Source: Bacteroidia bacterium
GTDB taxonomy: Bacteria; Bacteroidota; Bacteroidia; UKL13-3
DNA length: 64,000 nt
Direction of reading: 5' to 3'
NCBI GenBank assembly: GCA_018058135.1
Contig: JAGPCK010000009.1
Coordinates: forward strand, 2,843 to 66,842
Positions 10,553 to 17,101 of the stretch are shown in pieces. The notes below the pieces were generated by a model. That model worked only from the letters and a program-made list of their open reading frames with translations, was not told where the DNA came from and made no database searches. The position numbers and the translations under genes are program-made. Position 1 is the first letter of the stretch. Every line of letters starts with the position of its first letter.

Positions 10553-11341
10553 ATGGGGTTTAACCTGCTCGACATTTTTGCAAAAGCCGGAGTTGACTAT
10601 CTGCACCCCGGAGGCAAAAAAAGCACCGCTTACCTTATCCAAAAAATAAAACCTGTTGATGGCATGAACGTGCTGGAAATAGGCTGCGGCACCGGTGCCA
10701 CATTGGCTCAACTTTCACAGCATACAGGCGTGCAATTATTCGGGGTTGATGTATCAGCAGAAATGTTAAAAACCGCAGAACAACGAATGGAGTATTGCGG
10801 CATTACTAAGGTAAGCCTGAAATGGATACAGCCGGGCGGGAAGCTGCCCTTTGAAGATAATTTTTTTGATGCGGTATATGCTGAATCAGTATTGGGTATA
10901 ATTGAGCCACCTGCTTTAAGTGTGTTACTGGCAGAAATTAAAAGAGTACTAAAACCGGCAGGTACATTTTTTTCGGTTGATGCTGTTTGGCAGTCAAACA
11001 CTCCTGTAGAAAAGATAAGAGAGATTAACCACCGCTGCAAAAAAGATTTCGGGATAATACAAAGCAATGAAAACCCCGGGGATGAAAATGAGTGGAAAGC
11101 CTTTTTTAGCCAAACGGGTTTTATCCATATAGCATCGCTTGAAATAAAGGAGATGAAAACGGATAACGAACACGTTCAATCTCTTTCTGATACGTTTACC
11201 AAGTATAAAAAGCGCACTGCCTTTCTCAACCCGGCCTTGGTAGCGGCTTATATAAGTTCTCTCGTACGGATAAAGTGTTTTCACCGGAATGACGGTAAAG
11301 ATTTGAAAAACTATTTCTTTCAAATGGAGAAAAGCGGGTAA
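10553..11341 (+). CDS. class I SAM-dependent methyltransferase
   Basis: Motif I VLEIGCGTGA, followed by the acidic-loop LFGVDVS. Confidence 0.85.
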   Translation: MGFNLLDIFAKAGVDYLHPGGKKSTAYLIQKIKPVDGMNVLEIGCGTGATLAQLSQHTGVQLFGVDVSAEMLKTAEQRMEYCGITKVSLKWIQPGGKLPFEDNFFDAVYAESVLGIIEPPALSVLLAEIKRVLKPAGTFFSVDAVWQSNTPVEKIREINHRCKKDFGIIQSNENPGDENEWKAFFSQTGFIHIASLEIKEMKTDNEHVQSLSDTFTKYKKRTAFLNPALVAAYISSLVRIKCFHRNDGKDLKNYFFQMEKSG

Positions 11342-11356
11342 TACACCTTGTTTTTA

Positions 11357-11595
11357 GCTCAGCGAAGCTAATCTCCCAAAACACAACGTCATTGCCTGCC
11401 TGCTGTGCGTATGCCAGTGCTCGGCAGGTAGGCGATCCCGATGGCTATCGGGAGAAGCAGTCCCCAAATGTGAGCACCATCCTTCCAATCAGGAGATCGC
11501 CACGTCATGAGTACATGACTCGCGATGGCGGTATATTTTTAATTCCATCCTCTAAATCCAACGTCATTGCGAGCTCAGCGAAGCTAATCTCCCAA
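11357..11595. repeat. short direct repeats (B-A ... A-B arrangement) bracketing a GC-richer, stem-rich segment of about 165 nt
   Basis: B = GCTCAGCGAAGCTAATCTCCCAA at 11357-11379 and 11573-11595. A = AACGTCATTGC at 11385-11395 and 11560-11570. The interior holds several perfect stems (TCCCGAT/ATCGGGA, GTCATG/CATGAC, GGCGATC/GATCGCC). Confidence 0.85.
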
Positions 11596-11799
11596 TAGGA
11601 GCACAATTTAAACTTGCACAATTACCAAAAACTTACTAATTTGCCTTTGAAAACCATTTACCTATGCAACCTAACCTGTACTTTTTCCCTATTACTTTCA
11701 GGCGCCTCGAAGGCCCCCCGCTTTTAAACAAATTACACTCCGGTTTACATTTTTTTAAAATGCAGCAGTATGGCACATCTTTACCCCAAAAACGGGTGG

Positions 11800-11824
11800 A
11801 TATGTGCCATAATGTGGCACATAT
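11800..11824. promoter_or_regulatory. perfect 10-bp inverted repeat (operator-like) upstream of the PNP-domain gene
   Basis: ATATGTGCCA-TAATG-TGGCACATAT is centred about 46 nt upstream of ATG 11858. A third TGGCACAT half-site lies at 11771-11778. Confidence 0.5.
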
Positions 11825-11857
11825 ATACTAGTTGGGCGTAACTTAAAACAGATCAGC

Positions 11858-13093
11858 ATGATTGAGATGTCACAAGAAAAGATTGAGTACTTTAAGCATA
11901 GCATAAGTGTGCTTCTTGTAACTGCTACTGATACAGAAGCAGCAGAATCAATCAATAATTTGAAACCGCTTCCAAATGAATCTGCAATCATTCAAATGTT
12001 CAGTGGAAGTCAAACTTATTATATAGGTACGCTAGGAATCTATGGAGTTGTTCTTGTGCAATCGGAAATGGGTTCTATTGGCCGAAATTCATCATTGCTG
12101 ACAACTTTACGAGCTATTGAAATATGGGAACCTAAGGCAATCATAATGGTTGGAGTTGCATTTGGTATTGACTCAAAAAAGCAACAAATAGGTGACGTTA
12201 TTGTTTCTAGTCACATAATTCCATATGAGAATTCAAGAATTGGCAAAGAGATTGTTTTTAGATCGGAACTTCCCCCTTCAAGCACAATTTTATTAAATAG
12301 AATTCGACAGATTAGAGATTGGAAGTTTCCAGTTAGTCATAACCAATTTGCAAAGCTGTATGTTGGACCAATACTGAGTGGAGAGAAATTAATTGATAAT
12401 ATTTCTTTTCGAAATGACTTAATCAGAGCGTTTCCTAATGCGATTGGTGGTGAAATGGAAAGTGTAGGTGTTTATGGGGCGGCTAACGAAAAGAAAATTG
12501 ACTGGTTAATAATAAAAAGTATTTGTGACTTTGCGGATGGTGAAAAAGGCAAATTCAAAAAGGAATTTCAATCTATTGCAATTAAGTCGGCAATAAGTTT
12601 TACCGAAAGGGTTTTGAATATTCGATCAGGGTTTGGTGAATTAGGCTTTAAACCTCTAAAAGAATCATCATCAACTGACCCTACTATAACATATAAAGAT
12701 AGGCTAAAAGACTTAATGGCATTGTTTGATGCCATCGCTACACAGCCAAAGGAGAAGGATGGAAATATATTTAAGGTTGCTGCTCGTCAAATAGTTCAGA
12801 CAGAAGTAGAGAGCAAATACGATTCTAATGTTTCAAGACTTCAGATGCTGATACCGAAAAATGTATTAGAATCCTTTGAAATGAGAATTGAGAGATGTTG
12901 GACAATGTATAATAAAGTCTTAGTCGCTGACAGGGAATATTTACCTGACGATATAGATGATTCTTCTTACGCACTACAAAAGTGCATATGCAGAGAACTT
13001 CAAAGACTTTTATTTGTTAATGGAGACATTCCTGACGGACTTATGCAACAATATTGGGATAAGTATAAATGTGAAACAAATAATCCAACGTAG
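11858..13093 (+). CDS. PNP/MTA-SAH-nucleosidase-fold (PNP_UDP_1-like) protein with an unassigned C-terminal domain of about 140 aa; candidate nucleotide-depleting immune effector
   Basis: SVLLVTATDTE, SEMGSIG, AIIMVGVAFG, GGEMESVGVYGAA (nt 12446-12484) and CDFADGEK follow the order of motifs in phosphorylase-family nucleosidases. Residues about 270-411 have no motif I recognise. Confidence 0.7.
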   Translation: MIEMSQEKIEYFKHSISVLLVTATDTEAAESINNLKPLPNESAIIQMFSGSQTYYIGTLGIYGVVLVQSEMGSIGRNSSLLTTLRAIEIWEPKAIIMVGVAFGIDSKKQQIGDVIVSSHIIPYENSRIGKEIVFRSELPPSSTILLNRIRQIRDWKFPVSHNQFAKLYVGPILSGEKLIDNISFRNDLIRAFPNAIGGEMESVGVYGAANEKKIDWLIIKSICDFADGEKGKFKKEFQSIAIKSAISFTERVLNIRSGFGELGFKPLKESSSTDPTITYKDRLKDLMALFDAIATQPKEKDGNIFKVAARQIVQTEVESKYDSNVSRLQMLIPKNVLESFEMRIERCWTMYNKVLVADREYLPDDIDDSSYALQKCICRELQRLLFVNGDIPDGLMQQYWDKYKCETNNPT

Positions 13094-13095
13094 CT

Positions 13096-13230
13096 GCGCC
13101 TAACAGCACATTTGCAATAGGCGGGGTTTCGTGCTCCGCAGACAGCTTTGTGGTAGCCGAAAGTTCAGTCCTCCGAATGAACATTTGTGCTGAAAATCCC
13201 GCCCATCGCAAATGTGCAAAACGTTATGCG
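13096..13230. repeat. attC-like / MITE-like inverted-repeat element between gene units
   Basis: The arm GCACATTTGCAATAGGCGGGG (13106-13126) pairs with CCCGCCCATCGCAAATGTGC (13198-13217). The outer GCCTAAC (13098-13104) pairs with GTTATGC (13223-13229). Confidence 0.85.
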
Positions 13231-13257
13231 TCAGCTTAAAGAACAACAATATTGACA

Positions 13258-14667
13258 ATGAAAATGAAAGTATTTATATCATATTCTGAAAGAGACAGAG
13301 AGTTTGCCTTGCTATTGAAAGAAAGACTTTCAAGCGAAAATAACATCAATATATTCTTTGATGAACACTCCTTAGAAATGGGTGGAAACATTGAACGAAT
13401 AATGATGAGAAAACTTGAGGAGTTTGATTACTATTTAATTGTAATGTCAAAATATTCTGTCAAATCTAAATATCTAATGATAGAGTTAGACAGAGTAATA
13501 TTTAGGGAAATTAAGAGTGAAAAGCAAACCATTATTCCAATTGCAATTGATGAATATGCATTGGACTTCCCTGTCATAAGAGAATTTTCTAGTAGGCAAT
13601 TAATTGATTTCTCTAAAAGTTTTGAAAACGGCTATAAAAACTTGATAAAACGCTTAAATCAAGACCAACAAAAAAAAATAGCCATTAAAGAATTCAACCC
13701 AGAAGAAACGAAGAAAATAAATGACAACTTTCTTAAGGAAATAAAAGAAGAGTTTAAAAAAGGTAGTTTATGTCTATTTTGTGGTGCTGGTGTTTCAATT
13801 AAGGCAGGAATACCGAATTGGAGTTTCCTTCTTAAAGGCTTGCTTCAAAATTTAGTGGACAAACAGCTTGGAGACTTTTCTATAGACCCTAAAAAACAAA
13901 GACAATTAGCAGAATTTTATTATGATGAGTTTGGTGTTTCGTCTTTAATTGTTGGTCAATATTTAAAAAATGGATTAGGAGAATCTTTTCTAGAAGATGT
14001 CAGAGATGCACTGTATCAAAATAACCCAACAGACAGTGATATCTTAAATACGATAGTCGAATTATGCCGTCCACAAAGAGAACGTAAGACTTTGAATTCA
14101 ATAATCACATTCAATTTTGACGATTTAATTGAAACCAACTTACAAAAAAACAGAATAAAGCATAGACCTATTCACAGTGAAGGACAAAGAGCCTTGAATT
14201 CTGAAATTCCAATATACCACCCTCATGGCTTCTTACCTAGAAAGCAAAAGCTTTCAGAGCAAAATGAAATCGTCTTTTCTGAAGACGCATATCACTCACA
14301 ATTTATTGAGCCGTTCAGTTGGAGCAATTTAGTCCAACTAAATCATTTAAATAATAATACTTGCTTACTTGTTGGAATTAGTTTGACTGATCCGAATTTA
14401 AGACGACTCCTTGATGTTTCGATGAGAAAGAACCCTGATAAACAATTAAGACACTACATATTTAAAAAACGTTACAGCACTGAGGAAATAAAGGAAAAAC
14501 TAGCTAAATCTGAATTGAGTGGTGATAAGAGTTTTTTTACCAACAACTTTATTTATATGACTGAACTTTTGGAGGAGCAAGACGCAAGAAAACTTGGACT
14601 AAACGTTATTTGGATAAAGGACTTTGAAGAAATAAATAATTTTCTAACACGGTTAAATGAAGAATAA
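13258..14667 (+). CDS. TIR domain - SIR2 (SIR2_2-type) domain fusion protein; candidate NAD+-consuming defence protein
   Basis: The N-terminus KVFISYSERDREFALLLKERL...VMSKYSVKSKYLMIELD is TIR_2-like. The C-terminal part has LFCGAGVSIKAGIPNW (GAG at 13783-13791), ITFNFDDL, IYHPHGF (His at 14224-14226) and LLVGISLTDPNLRRLL, the SIR2_2 motif order. ATG 13258 is preferred over TTG 13252. Confidence 0.8.
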   Translation: MKMKVFISYSERDREFALLLKERLSSENNINIFFDEHSLEMGGNIERIMMRKLEEFDYYLIVMSKYSVKSKYLMIELDRVIFREIKSEKQTIIPIAIDEYALDFPVIREFSSRQLIDFSKSFENGYKNLIKRLNQDQQKKIAIKEFNPEETKKINDNFLKEIKEEFKKGSLCLFCGAGVSIKAGIPNWSFLLKGLLQNLVDKQLGDFSIDPKKQRQLAEFYYDEFGVSSLIVGQYLKNGLGESFLEDVRDALYQNNPTDSDILNTIVELCRPQRERKTLNSIITFNFDDLIETNLQKNRIKHRPIHSEGQRALNSEIPIYHPHGFLPRKQKLSEQNEIVFSEDAYHSQFIEPFSWSNLVQLNHLNNNTCLLVGISLTDPNLRRLLDVSMRKNPDKQLRHYIFKKRYSTEEIKEKLAKSELSGDKSFFTNNFIYMTELLEEQDARKLGLNVIWIKDFEEINNFLTRLNEE

Positions 14668-14806
14668 AAGCCGAACGCATAACAGCACCTACAAGAAATT
14701 GGCGGTCCAGTGGTTACATAAAGCTTTGTGCTTCGTATCAAGTAAAGTGGTGGCAAACAGTTTAAGGCTTCGAAATCGCCAAACATTCTAGAATGATTTA
14801 ACTCCA

Positions 14807-15721
14807 ATGAAAAATCAAGATATAATTGACATCGTTGACATTAATCAAGAGTTTGATAAAATCAAGTCCCGTCTGCATTTGTTGTCTGACCGATTTCTTG
14901 CTGTGGCCATGGACTACAAACACTATGTGGATAGTTCATTTAAGGAGGACAGAATCTATGCACTTCGTGATAATGTTCAGTATAGGTTGTTCTCTGCAAA
15001 AATCCACTTAGAATTGTTGCTGCGACAACACATTTGGATCCAGGAAAGATTGGAGAAAGGATTTAATAATAATCCTAAAGTTGTAACAGACGATTACATT
15101 CCTATCAACCCCTACTTCGACATCTATCAAAAGGAAATTTCATCAATACTTGACAGTTTTGTTTATCACATTAGCTCAGTGTTTGACTATTTAAGCACTC
15201 TTACAAATTATATTGGCGGCTCAAATCGATACGACACCCTAATGTGGACACAACTCGCGAAATCAGTGAGGGACGGAAAGAACGCCTACAGTAAAAGACT
15301 GTTTGCCAGTACAATTGACAACATAGATCGGGACTTCGTTAGTAAGTTGTATGACCATCGAGCTTTTATAATTCACAGAAATGCCGATCCAAGTGGCTAT
15401 AGTGTAACTTTGTTTCTTGGACAAACTGAAAGGATTAAAGTCAATTTTCTTGCTGGCAAAAATCTTGTCAAGAATTTTAAAGAGTTAAAATCGCTAAGTA
15501 AGGAAAAGCACCCTACTGTGAAATACGTTGCCTTTTGGATGCTTAATAAATCAATTGACAAGGTGACTGATATTTTATTTGCACTTAAAAAGGAAATGGA
15601 ATTTGATCCCAAAGTAAAGACTCCATTTATGTACTATTTACATCCCGAGACAAAAAAGGCATTACCAGTTTCATCGATATACTGGCATGAAGATCTATAC
15701 TTAAAAGAGAATGGTGAATAG
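14807..15721 (+). CDS. hypothetical protein with an RX4H motif (possible HEPN-like RNase)
   Basis: 304 aa, helix-rich by composition. There is a single RAFIIH motif (Arg at 15359-15361, His at 15374-15376) in the context YDHRAFIIHRN. There is no other recognisable domain, so the call is tentative. Confidence 0.3.
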   Translation: MKNQDIIDIVDINQEFDKIKSRLHLLSDRFLAVAMDYKHYVDSSFKEDRIYALRDNVQYRLFSAKIHLELLLRQHIWIQERLEKGFNNNPKVVTDDYIPINPYFDIYQKEISSILDSFVYHISSVFDYLSTLTNYIGGSNRYDTLMWTQLAKSVRDGKNAYSKRLFASTIDNIDRDFVSKLYDHRAFIIHRNADPSGYSVTLFLGQTERIKVNFLAGKNLVKNFKELKSLSKEKHPTVKYVAFWMLNKSIDKVTDILFALKKEMEFDPKVKTPFMYYLHPETKKALPVSSIYWHEDLYLKENGE

Positions 15722-15731
15722 AAAACCCCTC

Positions 15732-15965
15732 CATCTAAGCGTAGGTTGCGCCTACGTTTACTCTTTTATGTAGCTTGCAGCTACAAACGCACACGGGTGG
15801 GTTAAATGGCATAAAATTATAGACTACCAAACTTTGTTTATAAGCCGTAACCCCCGCTCACCTCACACTGCAACCAAGTATTTTTCTACTTGCTTTTTCA
15901 GCTTTTTATCATCAGTTTTACATGGCAAATAGTGGATGATATTTTTCACACTCTGACATTGTGCG
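15732..15965 (+). repeat. about 235-bp direct repeat, copy A (its 3' third is an R1 intergenic element)
   Basis: Near-identical to 17102-17330 at a constant offset of 1370 bp over most of its length. It begins with the hairpins AAGCGTAGG-TTGCG-CCTACGTTT and TGTAGC-TTGCA-GCTACA. Confidence 0.9.
15737..15767 (+). terminator. terminator-like hairpin just after the stop of the 14807-15721 gene
   Basis: A 9-bp stem (AAGCGTAGG / CCTACGTTT, one mismatch) is followed by the T-rich ACTCTTTTA. The same structure, with a perfect stem, occurs at 17107-17137 in repeat copy B. Confidence 0.4.
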
Positions 15966-15986
15966 TCATATTAAAACAGAAAATAA

Positions 15987-17036
15987 ATGAAACTGATTAT
16001 TCTCTTAACGTTATCAATTTTATCAGCTTCTTGTAACTCACAAGGAAAGAGACTGAACACTAATAAAAAAAGTGATTCAGATAAAGTAGAAATTGAATCT
16101 CAAATTGGAGAATATGTTACAAGTGCATTTGAAGATTCGAAAGGTAATTTATGGTTTGGAACAAATGGAAATGGAATTGCAAGGTATGATGGTGAAAAAT
16201 TAAAGTATTTTACAACAAAGGATGGGTTACCATCTGATAGAGTTACTGCAATAAAAGAGGATTCAAATGGTATCTTTTGGTTAAATACGGGTGAGGGTTT
16301 AACCAAATATGATGGGAAGAATTTCACCAATTTTTTAGTAGGAACCAACTCCGGCAGCAATATGATTGCTAATTCACTTATTGATAGCAAGAACGTTTTT
16401 TGGGTTGGCACCTGGAATGGTGTCTATAAATTTGATGGACGAACGTTTCATCCATTTTCAGTTCCTTACCCAAAAGTAGATACCAAAATAAATGAAGATA
16501 CCAGGTATTGGATAATGGGTATCAGTGAAGATGCCGTGGGCAATATCTGGTTTCTAAGAGACGGCTATGGCGTTTGTAAGTATGATGGAAAGTCGTTTAC
16601 TCATTTTCTGAAAAAAGACGGGCTGCACTCAAATAATGTTACCCAAATAGAATTTGATAAAGATGGAAATGTTTGGATTGGAACGAGAGTGGCTGAAAGA
16701 GATGATCCTGACCCCAAAAAGCGATTTGGAAAGGGTGGAGTTAATAAAATGACAGGGAATGAGATTATTTCATTTCCGGAAATAGCAGGATTTAATGATG
16801 GTGATGTGTATCAAATCTACAAAGACAAATCTGATAATATATGGATAGGTACAGTAAAAAATGGTGTATATAGATATGATGGAAAAGGCTTTAAACACTA
16901 CGAAGTTCCAGTTTCAATTATGGGTATGCTGGAAGACCAAAAAGGAAATTTATGGTTATGTGGAGCAGGTGGATTATATAGAATTAATCAGAATGGCGAA
17001 GTTATAAACGTAACTACAAAAGGGCCTTGGAAATAA
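15987..17036 (+). CDS. lipoprotein with two-component-regulator-propeller (Reg_prop-like) beta-propeller repeats
   Basis: Signal plus Cys (LSILSASC). Recurrent modules read G..W.GT..G(I/V).(R/K)(Y/F)DG..F..F (IARYDG, LTKYDG, VYKFDG, VCKYDG, VYRYDG). Confidence 0.7.
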   Translation: MKLIILLTLSILSASCNSQGKRLNTNKKSDSDKVEIESQIGEYVTSAFEDSKGNLWFGTNGNGIARYDGEKLKYFTTKDGLPSDRVTAIKEDSNGIFWLNTGEGLTKYDGKNFTNFLVGTNSGSNMIANSLIDSKNVFWVGTWNGVYKFDGRTFHPFSVPYPKVDTKINEDTRYWIMGISEDAVGNIWFLRDGYGVCKYDGKSFTHFLKKDGLHSNNVTQIEFDKDGNVWIGTRVAERDDPDPKKRFGKGGVNKMTGNEIISFPEIAGFNDGDVYQIYKDKSDNIWIGTVKNGVYRYDGKGFKHYEVPVSIMGMLEDQKGNLWLCGAGGLYRINQNGEVINVTTKGPWK

Positions 17037-17101
17037 AAAATACGAACGCACAACACTGGTTTGGCAAAAAAGCGGGTTCCGTGTTTATATGAAGTTTTGC
17101 T

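Noticed and set aside
11392-11598. 68-aa ORF on the + strand (MPACCAYASARQVGDPDGY...NVIASSAKLISQ).
   Set aside because: It lies entirely within short repeats and stem-loops. Its composition is odd, it has no plausible start context, and its end coincides with the repeat unit. It is most likely a non-coding repeat read as an ORF.
11771-11837. TGGCAC motifs considered as sigma-54 (-24/-12) promoters upstream of the PNP-domain gene.
   Set aside because: The -12 element TTGC(A/T) is missing at the required 5-nt spacing (TGGCAC-atctt-TACC and TGGCAC-atata-TACT). The motifs are better explained as halves of a palindrome.
13258-14667. Calling the TIR-SIR2 gene a canonical Thoeris system.
   Set aside because: In Thoeris, ThsA is SIR2 plus a C-terminal SLOG domain and the TIR protein ThsB is separate. 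Here TIR and SIR2 are fused, no SLOG-like region is evident, and no second TIR gene is present.
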